Below, in pieces: positions 22,205 to 32,053 of a DNA stretch of 39,354 nt. The notes under the pieces were generated by a model, which did no database searches, had not been told where the DNA came from, and saw only the letters and a list, made by a program, of their open reading frames with translations. A program made the position numbers and the translations under genes. The DNA is from Craspedostauros australis (lineage: Eukaryota). The stretch covers positions 1-39,354 of the forward strand of contig JALAGF010002275.1 of NCBI GenBank assembly GCA_030167865.1, given 5' to 3'. Position 1 is the first letter of the stretch. Every line of letters starts with the position of its first letter.

Positions 22205-23953
22205 ATGCGATCACAATACAGTAGAGGAGGATGGGATGGCGTTGCCAATGATGATACTCGTGCCATACTCAAGAGTGCTGGCGCTGACGACACAGTGCGA
22301 GAGCCTCGTGAGGACAAGGAGGGGGCATCAAAGGCGATGCTGATGCAAGAGAAGGTGCAAGGCCTGGAGCACACCGCGGGTGGTGTCGGACGCAGCACCA
22401 AGAGCGTCCTGGCCCTCCTGCTTGTTCTGGCCATCGGGTCGCTGTTCGTCGACCAGAAGGCTTTGTCCACGGTCGGTACTGCTTCATTCACCTCGCATTA
22501 TCAAGCAAGCGAAACTGCACATGGACCTCAAACTCAGTCTCAAACTCAAGGGAAGACGGCAGGCATTGGTGTGGATACGAGCACCAGTGCAACCACCAGC
22601 ATGCCTATCTCTACTTCTACAGTCGCAACTGAACCAGCAACCATGATACCAGCATCTAGCACAGCATCTAGCACAGCATCTAGCATAGCAACAACGAACA
22701 CAGCAACGGAGAATGGCATCAATATCAATGCAGATGGTGGGAGTACCTCTTCAAGTAATGCTCCTCATACCAGTACGAATGCGATCGCTGCAGCAATCCA
22801 AGAGCCCGCAAAGAAAGCAGCACCCAAGCGCGGTCCAGGGTTGGAGTGCTACAAGGCCGAATTCGATGCCCCGAAGGTGGTCACGTACGATGCGAACTTC
22901 ACATTTGAAACCAAGGTCCCGTTCTACGTCTACGACAACGAGCTCAGCATGCTGGATATGACCACGTGCGGAGTGCCTCTTAATATTACGGAGTACACTT
23001 ACTTCAAGCATTCCGACGACTACTGGTTGCTGCAGAGCGCGCTCGGCCATCCCATGCGGACCAAGGACCCCGAAGAGGCCAAGCTCTTCTTCGTCCCCTT
23101 TCTCATGAATGCCATCGCCGACGGGTACGAATGGAGGAACCGACAGCTTTGCATTCAGAACGACACGGTGTGCTTTGACCCATCCAGCGATGCGGACGCG
23201 ACGGTCAACTGGACGGACATCCAGCTCTCCAAGTCCGAGTACTTCCAGCGCTCGAACGGCAGCGACCACGTCCTCGTCATGTCCCATTACATGATGCAGC
23301 GCAAGTTTCATCAGTACCACGTCTACCCCAACCTCCTGCGTTGCAACCGCGTCGTGTACCAGAACTTCCCCCAGCGCCACAAGCACGATAAAACAACTCC
23401 GGATCGCATCGAGATCCAGAATCTCTACGTCGCTAATCTGAATGGCTGCCAACCCACGACGCCGGGCAACAAGACCACGGACTTCGCCATGATCGCCTCG
23501 ATGAAACGCACGCGGCCGAACTTCCGCGATCGCTTCAACATCTGCACGTGGATGAAGAGCGGGAACTTCTCCTATGATGTATGCGGCAAGGGAAAGATGT
23601 GTCCCGCGCTGGCCGACGCGCGGTTTGGCTTCCACGCCCGCGGCGACGATCTGGGCTCGAATCGGCCGTTCGACATCGTCGCAAGCGGGACGGTGCCGCT
23701 GTTTACGCGGATGGGGCAGTACGATATCATGCCGGACTTCGCGCCCTTCCGCAACATGAGCTACTTCGTGGACGTGTCGTCGCCGTCCGCCTTCCGTGAG
23801 ACGATGAGGGCGGTCGCGAACGTGACGAAGGAGGAGTACGATGCCAAGCTGACCATCGTGAAGAAGTACGCCAACCGCGTGGACGTGAAATCTGGGGAGC
23901 CCTTCGATGCGTACATGGCTATGTTTGCGAGGAAGCTGGGGTTGCAGGATTGA
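22205..23953 (+). CDS. Exostosin-like glycosyltransferase (GT47 family), type II membrane protein, ~582 aa
   Basis: TM anchor VLALLLVLAIGSLFV, S/T-rich stem, then GT47 motifs: PFYVYD, HPMRTKDPEEAKLFFVPF, YFQRSNGSDHVLVMSH, RGDDLGSNRPFDIVASGTVPLF. First ATG at 22205. Confidence 0.85.
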   Translation: MRSQYSRGGWDGVANDDTRAILKSAGADDTVREPREDKEGASKAMLMQEKVQGLEHTAGGVGRSTKSVLALLLVLAIGSLFVDQKALSTVGTASFTSHYQASETAHGPQTQSQTQGKTAGIGVDTSTSATTSMPISTSTVATEPATMIPASSTASSTASSIATTNTATENGININADGGSTSSSNAPHTSTNAIAAAIQEPAKKAAPKRGPGLECYKAEFDAPKVVTYDANFTFETKVPFYVYDNELSMLDMTTCGVPLNITEYTYFKHSDDYWLLQSALGHPMRTKDPEEAKLFFVPFLMNAIADGYEWRNRQLCIQNDTVCFDPSSDADATVNWTDIQLSKSEYFQRSNGSDHVLVMSHYMMQRKFHQYHVYPNLLRCNRVVYQNFPQRHKHDKTTPDRIEIQNLYVANLNGCQPTTPGNKTTDFAMIASMKRTRPNFRDRFNICTWMKSGNFSYDVCGKGKMCPALADARFGFHARGDDLGSNRPFDIVASGTVPLFTRMGQYDIMPDFAPFRNMSYFVDVSSPSAFRETMRAVANVTKEEYDAKLTIVKKYANRVDVKSGEPFDAYMAMFARKLGLQD

Positions 23954-24237
23954 ATGCTTGTGGCATATCCGCGACAGCTGCTTCTGTTGCAACACATTCT
24001 AAAGTATAATACAATACCGCAATGCGACACGAGCCCAGTCATACTATATGGCCAATGCTCGTGGAGTGTGTACGTATAATAGGAGAATAGAATATTATAT
24101 TACTCTGTATACGTGTACAATTGCGAGTTCTTCGTAGAGTTGAGTCCTCCAACAACTTGGCGATGAACGATACAAGAGTGCTCGCAGGGTGATAACAATG
24201 AATTGAAGGAATACAAAAAATGCAACGCTGTTGGACA

Positions 24238-25659
24238 TCAATTGGTGCGTCCTTTGCGAGCGAGGTTGCGGAATCCCATGGCCACCTTCTCCCTGGCGAT
24301 GTCATCATCGACGACGTACCAGCCAATCTCTGACTTGTCCCGCTTGAGGAACCTGGTGTTGTGCAGCTGCTGCATCTTCTTGACGACGTTGACGGAGATG
24401 GCGGTCTTGGCCACGCGCGAGGAGGCCCGATCGTGGTCCGGCTTGGAGGCCTCCACCAGGTGCTGCAGCTGGACGTTGCCTGGGAATTTCTGGTAGGGGC
24501 TGCCGCGGCCCAGGACCACGTCGTGTTCGAGGGGGTAGGGTGTGAGATCGCCCAGCACCCTGGCGTGGGCCTCCTCCTCCGCGTGCTCCTGATCGTGCAG
24601 TTCCCGCAGCCTGCGATCGAAGAGACCAGGCTTGAGGACGCCGTCCGATTCGAAGGGCAGGGTCTGCTGAGTGATGCCGTAGGAGTTGAGCGCGTACTGG
24701 ATCTCCACGTGAGAACCGAAGTGGACGCGCACGCGGAGACGGTTGGGCTGCGGATGCGCGGCCATGAAGGTGGAGACGATGGGCTTGAAGGTGAGGTCCC
24801 CGACGCAGATCTGGATGGCGGCAACCCGGAAGGGAAGGACCTTCTCGAAGTCCTGCTGCTTGGACATGCCGGTGGAGCGGAAGAAGTTCTTGATGGTGGT
24901 TCCGAGCGTGTAGGCCACGATGACGACGCCCTTCCTCTGGATCTCGTCATCGTCCTGAACGGCCGACATGAATGTGTACCACATGGCGCGCAGGTGGTTG
25001 GCCGTGGTCTTGTCCCTGCGGTAGGCGTAGGTGTTGAAGAAGAGGCCCCTGCCCGTGGTGTCCTTGGTGAAGAGCTGGGTGGCGCCGGTGGAGACGGAAT
25101 CCCGGTCGTCCTGATCCAGGTCCGTCCATCGGATCTTCTTCCCCACGCGGTTGTAGCCAAAGAGCTTGAACTTCTCGTCGAAGTGGTTGATGATGCGGCG
25201 CACGGCCTTGGAGACCTGGTAGTTGTCCGCCCTCAAGAACATGAGCCTGAATCCCACGTCCCGCACGTACTTGGGACACGCGAAGACCGCCCTGTCGTAG
25301 CCCACCTTCTTGCGCACCGCGGTGAGCTCGCTGTCGAACTGCTCCAGCAGCGCCTCGAGGTCGATCTGGGCCTCCTCCAGAGGCTTGGCGACCCCGTGGA
25401 TGTCATCGTACACATTCTCGCGTTCATGCACGGACAGATCCCGCATCTCCTTGGCAAGCAGCAGCTCTCCATCATCCGTCGAGTTCTTCTTCGGCTTGGT
25501 TGCTCGTCGCCCGGAAGGTCTCAGAGGAGAGAAGAAGCACATGGATGCGCAGCCGCCGCTAGTGCCGCTGTCGCTATCACTCCCGCTCGCGCTGGTGCTG
25601 TCGCAACTCCTCGTGGGTCCATAGTCATGCTCCGAGTTCACCGCCAAGGGTCGCTTCAT
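24238..25659 (-). CDS. CRAL-TRIO/Sec14-like domain + C-terminal DUF6824-type domain protein, 473 aa
   Basis: N-terminal LLAKEMRDLSVHERENVYDDIHGV and FRLMFLRADNYQVSKAVRRI (CRAL-TRIO N-like), LPFRVAAIQIC, and C-terminal DVVLGRG....FPGN...RFLKR...GWYVVDDDIAREKVAMGFRN (DUF6824-like). Strong GC3 codon bias. Confidence 0.85.
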   Translation of the reverse strand: MKRPLAVNSEHDYGPTRSCDSTSASGSDSDSGTSGGCASMCFFSPLRPSGRRATKPKKNSTDDGELLLAKEMRDLSVHERENVYDDIHGVAKPLEEAQIDLEALLEQFDSELTAVRKKVGYDRAVFACPKYVRDVGFRLMFLRADNYQVSKAVRRIINHFDEKFKLFGYNRVGKKIRWTDLDQDDRDSVSTGATQLFTKDTTGRGLFFNTYAYRRDKTTANHLRAMWYTFMSAVQDDDEIQRKGVVIVAYTLGTTIKNFFRSTGMSKQQDFEKVLPFRVAAIQICVGDLTFKPIVSTFMAAHPQPNRLRVRVHFGSHVEIQYALNSYGITQQTLPFESDGVLKPGLFDRRLRELHDQEHAEEEAHARVLGDLTPYPLEHDVVLGRGSPYQKFPGNVQLQHLVEASKPDHDRASSRVAKTAISVNVVKKMQQLHNTRFLKRDKSEIGWYVVDDDIAREKVAMGFRNLARKGRTN

Positions 25660-28600
25660 CGTGGTACTGTTGATTGTATTTGTGTTTGTGCTGTTGCGAT
25701 CTTCCCAAGATCTTGGAGTATGAAGAGTGGGGCCTACTCCACTCCACTCTACTCTACTCCACGACTATGTATCAGTAGATCGTAACTGTGTTCGGCGCGT
25801 TCTTCCCAAGAAGTGATCCTCACGAGAGGAGGTCGTTTGGTGATCTTCCAGAGATGACTCGGATGTCCGGTCTGCGACTTCGGCAACTTGCCTCCAACCT
25901 TGTCTCCAACCTCGTCTGTGTCTCCGGCTTGACTCTGTGTTCACTTTGATGTTCTGGGGTGTTGGAGGTAGTCGTAGGCCGTGCTCCAACTCGAACGTGT
26001 ACGACAACTATTATAGAATTTGATATTATATGTTGGAATATGTGGTCTACTCGGATGCGGAGTACGAGAATTGTATTCTGTGTGATGATATAATACAATA
26101 TAACAGAATAGGTCGCATCGAAGAGAGAGGTTGTGTTGTAGTGTCCTGGCAGGCAGCTCTTGTGATCGGACCACCTCTTCGTTTCGGTTGGAACCTCTTC
26201 GGAGTTTGTTCTTTCGTCGTCCTCTTCTTTGTGGTCTCCTCTTTCCGCCTTTGCCTTCACTCGTTGTTGATGCCGATCTGTCCCCCCTGTTGATTGCCGT
26301 GACTTTACCAAACCAGTGGTATTGCCATCACAAGTGTAATTGCAACGAGCATTGATACGAAGAGACCAGAAGAATGAGAGCAGATGACAAGGACACGGAT
26401 AGGCCGTATGGATGCTGACGTCGACAGCTGTTCCCTCTCATTTTGCTGCTTGTCAACCCTTGTTTGTCTTGGTGTCTTTGACGCAATGATGTTACCAACA
26501 GTCACGACCATCACCACAGCAGCGACAGTGATGGTGGTACCACACGCAGAAGCACAGCGGCTATTTTGGACTCGCGAGACCCCTTGCTCAGCGGATGGAC
26601 GTGGCCGAAACAAATCATCTTTCTGTGTCTGGACCAATTGCCCGCGACTCGTGAAGATGTTTGCATGACTGCGCATTGCACATGGGCCCGATGTCTCGGC
26701 GAAACGATGTCACACGGTTTCTTTTTACTTATTGCAGTTGGCCATACCGGGTTTCGTGTTCCTGGAGTCAGCAGCTTTCGCGTTGCGTCGGTTGATAAGT
26801 TCCTCCGTGTCGTTGTCGTCTTGTGAAATCGACGGAACAAGGTTTGTCGCATCGAAACATGTAGCCAGCGGTTGACGTCAGACGTAATATATGCCAATTT
26901 GTTTGGAGCTCTGTTTGAGAGTGTCCCTAATGTAATGTTGGCAACGAGTCGCAACGAAGCGGTGAAAACGATGGGAGAATAGATGTCGCAACGAAATTAG
27001 AGAGACACTGTGCTCCACAACAAGCCTCTATGTCGCCTTGTCGACCAACTCCAAAGCAGAGCACACTTTGCCCAACATATCACTACTTGAACGAGCTACG
27101 GTAGATAGGAATAGAAGAGCTGCAACAACCGCCGCTGTCTGATACCATCCCATACCATTTCACATTGCAAGTCTCATGGTATCCTACTATACAAGATAAA
27201 ACAAAGCCACGAAGAGGAGAGAGAGGGATGTGCGTTGCGTGCAATTCAGAACACACCCAATAACGATCCCACTACTATATCCTCTTCTCCCAACACGTGA
27301 TGCGATAGCATGCAACAGAACATTCAGACAAGAACAGCCTAAACTACTATGCAACATTGTTTCACAGAAAAGAAGCTGATCGAGCCAACTCCATCGTCCC
27401 TTTTTGCAGGTCACAAAGGAGTCATGAGTACCAATGTGACATGAGCCGGAGGGTGTGAATGTGAAATGTGATGCCCTCAATTCTCTGAGAGACAGGGCAG
27501 GAGTGACCTCTTGGATGACACTGTGTTCCCATCACACTCGTACACGTCTTGGCACGACCATGCACGATCTATGGTACTCTCTGTTTGTGTGTCCGCCGAC
27601 TCCGGCCATGCGCCAACTCGATGTCTTGACGTTGGATGCGTCCGGGGTGAAGCCCGTCATGGCCACTGTCATGTCTTGCATATGTACGATCGTGCTCCAC
27701 GAACCAGAGCGGAGTTCCGCACACAGTTATGGTGCAGGCAGGCTATGTGTGGCCGATCATGTTTCTGGCATGCGCTGCCTTCGTTTTCTCTCTCCATCTG
27801 CGGATTGGATGGGAAGGTCGTTGGCGTTGTTGCCGCTGCGACTTTCGTTGAGTCGGTGTCTGTCAGAATCCTTCACGGAACTTGGAAGAGTGCAGCCGGG
27901 TGCAGCTGGGCGGAGGACTTCCTTGCCTATTGGACGAGCGTTTGAAGTCAATGACATCAGAGGGCAGCCGTTCTGTGGAACATCATACACCCTTCAGCGA
28001 CTGCCAAGGCAAGAGCGTGTGATAGCTGGCAGCTCGCATCGGATTGCTATGGCTCGCACTCTTGCCTCGTTGCTGTTCTGCAACATGAGCAACTCGCGGA
28101 GTAACGATGTTGGCTTTCGCGCCATTCTGAATTTTTCAGTGAGCGGACTGGCGCGTACTCTTCGCGTACGTATTGGCATGTGGCAGTCGGCATCAGTGTG
28201 TGCTGTACTTTCACAGGCTGCTCCCTCTCATACGGCGACTCGTGAACGAATGATGCATGAACAAAGCGCCACTTGCCTGTTGGACGAACCTTTTCTGCCT
28301 AACGATCCGAACAGAGGAGCGTCCAAGTTGAGGTTGGGCGTGTCTCAAGGGACTTACTGTTCTCAGTATCGCTGCAGGGATGGATAATTGTTGCGTTTTC
28401 CGGGACCGCAAGCTATGACTCTTAGGGCTTTCTGGTGGGTCGCCACAAAGTGCGCCAGACACGGTACGGTATTCGTTTCCCAAACAACGACACTCTCCAA
28501 GCTTTCGCGGCGTTCGTCGTTGCCGCACGCTTCGCTTTTTTGCCAGCGTGATTGCCAAAACAGCACAAGGGAACAGCAACAAGACGACAACCGCACAGCA

Positions 28601-29237
28601 AAACAACAATAAACACGGGACCAACGAAGCACGATGTCAACACAACGTGCTTTGCACTTGCGAAATGTGAACATCGTGTGAGGAACCACCGCCAGCAACG
28701 ACGGTCTTCCCGTTCCGCTCGCGCATATTTGTTCCCAGCAAAGGCCTTCGTGCAGAATCTTCGCCTTTTCAGACGTCCGCATTCCCAGAGTCGGCCGAGA
28801 GGTCACGACACCCTTGGACATCGGCGCACTCATGTCCAACGCCGGTTCTACAGGCACGCAGTTCCCACGAGCAACGGTGCTCGGCGCTTAATCGTACAGT
28901 ATGTGCGGTTGGCGAGTGCGGTACTCAACTGGCATTCGGCACGAACCAGGAACAGAAGACGGTGTCCATTTGGATTGTAATTGTCTTGCCGCCACAGAGT
29001 TGTTGTCATTCCTGCACATCACAAGTCTGCTTTGTTCGCACGTCCCTCCAAGGTCTATTGGTGCTGTCTCACTCGCATCTCCCAGCGCTTCGTCGTCTGA
29101 GCACCTTCATCCTCTCATAATTTGAGATCATCTCCTCACTCGACCATCTTCCCCACCAACCAACATCAATTACATCAATTGCATCAACCAAAACACAATC
29201 CAACATCAATAAAGACAACAAACATCGCAACACGACC

Positions 29238-30395
29238 ATGACGATGGAGATGAAAGCAAAGATGACAGATACGGCAGAGACACTGCCCACACCCCCACCC
29301 AGGTTCGTGTGCCCCATCACCAACGTCGCCATGAAGGATCCCATGCTCAGCCGACACGGATTCCACTTCGAACGCGAGGCGATCCTGCGGTGGCTTGACG
29401 AGGGACACTGCTACTGTCCGGTCAGCCACAAGCCTCTGCGTCCCTCCAACCTCGTCTCGGACAAGAACTTGGGCTGCAAGATCAAGACCTGGGCCAAGGC
29501 AAGCGGCTACCGATGGCCCAAGCAACACAGCTCGGCCGAACCTCACGCCGAAGTTGGTGGAGACGGTCCGGTTGCAGGAGCGTCAGCATCCTCCTCTCAG
29601 CAGGATCAGCAACAGCCCATCGCCACTCCAACCAATGACGAGGACAGCAGCAGCCTCAGCAGCAGTAGCATCGAATCCAACAGCGATGCCGACGATCTTC
29701 CGCAAACCTGCGGGTACGTCTCCTTCGTCCCGCAGCGCTTCGTCTGCCCCGTCACGGGCAGAGCAATGGAGGATCCCGTGATGGCACGAACGGGGCTGAA
29801 CTTCGAACGCAAGGCCATTCTCGATCACATGAAGACCAAGGGCAACTATTGCCCAGTCACGAAGAAGCCGCTGCACCCATCCGGGATCGTCGCCAATTGC
29901 AAGCTCAAGCAGGAGATCGCGCAGTGGAACCTGCACTACGGCGAGTCTCCCAACAGCAAGTCCTCCTTCGGCAAGTTGTTCTCCGCGAACGCTCCCAACC
30001 AGCGGGGTCTTCACAAGGCCGAGCGGAACACGTCGGTCAGATGCGATCATGATTGCGGGTACGGATACGGCTATTCGTACGGGCCAATCAAGGCCAGCGG
30101 CAACATCCACAAGGATAGTGTTGATGATAATGTGAGCGGCAGCGAAAGTGCGCCTGCCAGCAACAGCAACAGCAAGATTGACACCAACAGATACATTGGC
30201 AAAGAAAAGACATCCGGACCATCCACCAAATCCTTGAATCTCCCAAGGAAGCCCTTCGTGGGTGCCACGACGGGAGTGCAGACCACGGACCCAGTCAGCT
30301 TCTTCCACGCGGACGGGACGCTTGTGGGAGTGACGAATGGACAGGGCGACCTTTCCGGCGTTCTTGACGATGTGCTCAAAGCACTTCGCACCTAA
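29238..30395 (+). CDS. Tandem U-box domain protein (putative E3 ubiquitin ligase), 385 aa
   Basis: Two U-boxes: PPRFVCPITNVAMKDPMLSRHGFHFEREAILRWL...CPVSHKPL and PQRFVCPVTGRAMEDPVMARTGLNFERKAILDHM...CPVTKKPL. Confidence 0.9.
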   Translation: MTMEMKAKMTDTAETLPTPPPRFVCPITNVAMKDPMLSRHGFHFEREAILRWLDEGHCYCPVSHKPLRPSNLVSDKNLGCKIKTWAKASGYRWPKQHSSAEPHAEVGGDGPVAGASASSSQQDQQQPIATPTNDEDSSSLSSSSIESNSDADDLPQTCGYVSFVPQRFVCPVTGRAMEDPVMARTGLNFERKAILDHMKTKGNYCPVTKKPLHPSGIVANCKLKQEIAQWNLHYGESPNSKSSFGKLFSANAPNQRGLHKAERNTSVRCDHDCGYGYGYSYGPIKASGNIHKDSVDDNVSGSESAPASNSNSKIDTNRYIGKEKTSGPSTKSLNLPRKPFVGATTGVQTTDPVSFFHADGTLVGVTNGQGDLSGVLDDVLKALRT

Positions 30396-31831
30396 TTCGT
30401 TGCGGCACGAACGAAGCAACAAAGGAAGGACGAGGCACCGGGCAGTGGCGCAATTTTGGAGAGATCCACAGTGCGGCAGGAAGCATCCGCAATACGATAG
30501 AGGCAGGAGAAGACGGGACGCAGAGCACACGCCATCGAGCCGTGCCGTACCGTCCTGTGCCATACAAAGCGTTAAAGATAATAAACTAGACGAGAAAGAA
30601 TACTGTTACACCCTGCGGCTACTCTGTGAGAACCAACGCGCATTATCGTGCAGATGGTGGAATCATTGAAACGGGAACAGATAGAAACGACAACAGCAGC
30701 AACAGAAAGAGCAATCGGTTGAGACCAAAGCAGGATGCACGCAAGCAATAGCACGCATTAGCACAACGCTTCGCAATGTGGAATGGATCTTAGCGTTCGT
30801 GACGCATAAGCGACATGGCACGGTTGCATGCGCGATGGCGAGACCCAGAAACCAAGATTCGCAGAGTCACAAACCAATTCACACGCACAAGGACCGTTCA
30901 CAAAGGACATCACACGAATGGCGTCACGCAGAGAGCATCACGTTTCAATTTTGATCATGACTGTGGGTGATGCCACCAAACATTGTTGCATGAATACTCC
31001 AGAGAATGCGACTGCTGTCGCTTGATCCGCCAGGTTGATGTCCGTCGCGAACTGATGCAGAGAGAAGGAGTCCCAGTGACTGTGGCACCTTCGTGTCCTC
31101 ATGTGGTCTCATGACGGCGCCAATCTGCAACCTCCCATTCTCCAGCCATCGACGCCATACCAAACGCTTTCCTTTCCATTCCTATCGTCTGAATGAAACC
31201 AGCGAGTGGATCAGTTGTTGGCTCATGGTGTCCCATGGTGTGCTCTGTGCAGTGCTCTGTGCAGTGCTCTGTGTGGTTGTGGCTTGTGAAGAAGGAGCGT
31301 GAAAAAAGTGACCGTTGAGTAATGCGGGGAAAGTGGATCCCGAGTACTTTTCGTCGGGACTGGACGAATGTATGACTGTTTGGAACGAAGTATTGAATTC
31401 ACCCGATCGATTCCCAACTTTCACACTCGGAAAGCTCATTATTTTCTGATTTACGACGGTCCACGCTGGGGATAAAGGCTGAATTGTCGATTTTCCCAAG
31501 ATGAGAAAATTTGTCCAGAGTGACACGACAAAGGAAGACACACGACACAGCACACCAACAGAACAGCGCGTGGAAAGACCCGACCATGGCGCGGTCGCCG
31601 CCGGAAAGGACCGCCAAGGAAGGCACCACCAAGAACACCTCGAACCCCACTGTGCGGAAACGAGAGAGGGAGGTGCAGAAAGCAAAGAAAGGAACCCTGT
31701 CAGCACGCGTACCGTACCGCGACATACATACTGCGAAGTAGGTCGTCCTGTTCCCTTGCGACTACATAGAGAGTATCGTGAGAGCCACAACAAACACGCA
31801 ACACCACCATCCATCCACATTGGCGCGATCG

Positions 31832-31855
31832 TCATCATCATCATCATCATCATCA
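31832..31855. repeat. Microsatellite (TCA)8
   Basis: Read directly. Confidence 0.8.
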
Positions 31856-32053
31856 CCAACACCAACATCATCAGCAAGGGAGAAGCAGCCACTTTGCAAC
31901 GATTGCGCACAAACAGGACAGCCAGTACACAGTACACTCCATAGCAAGAGCTCTGGGACCATTCTATATCATCATATTCTATATACTATTCTATTATTCT
32001 ACTATTCTAGAATATATAATAGAGTATAAAATAGGTCAGAAAGGCGCAAAAGC

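Noticed and set aside
22751-25785. Long antisense/alternative-frame ORFs (22751-23995 -, 24039-25160 -, 24361-25785 +)
   Set aside because: Shadow ORFs produced by the strong GC3 bias of the real GT47 and DUF6824 genes.
27455-28387. 310-aa plus-strand ORF and stop-interrupted minus-strand frames in the 3.6-kb intergenic region
   Set aside because: Non-ATG start, no domain, and Cys/Arg/Ser-rich composition without the codon bias of neighbouring genes.
31182-31944. Overlapping 251-aa and 147-aa ORFs, and a GGGGAAAGT motif reminiscent of RNase P/MRP
   Set aside because: The ORFs run through microsatellites and have no domain; the matching P4 partner strand and other conserved RNA regions were not found.
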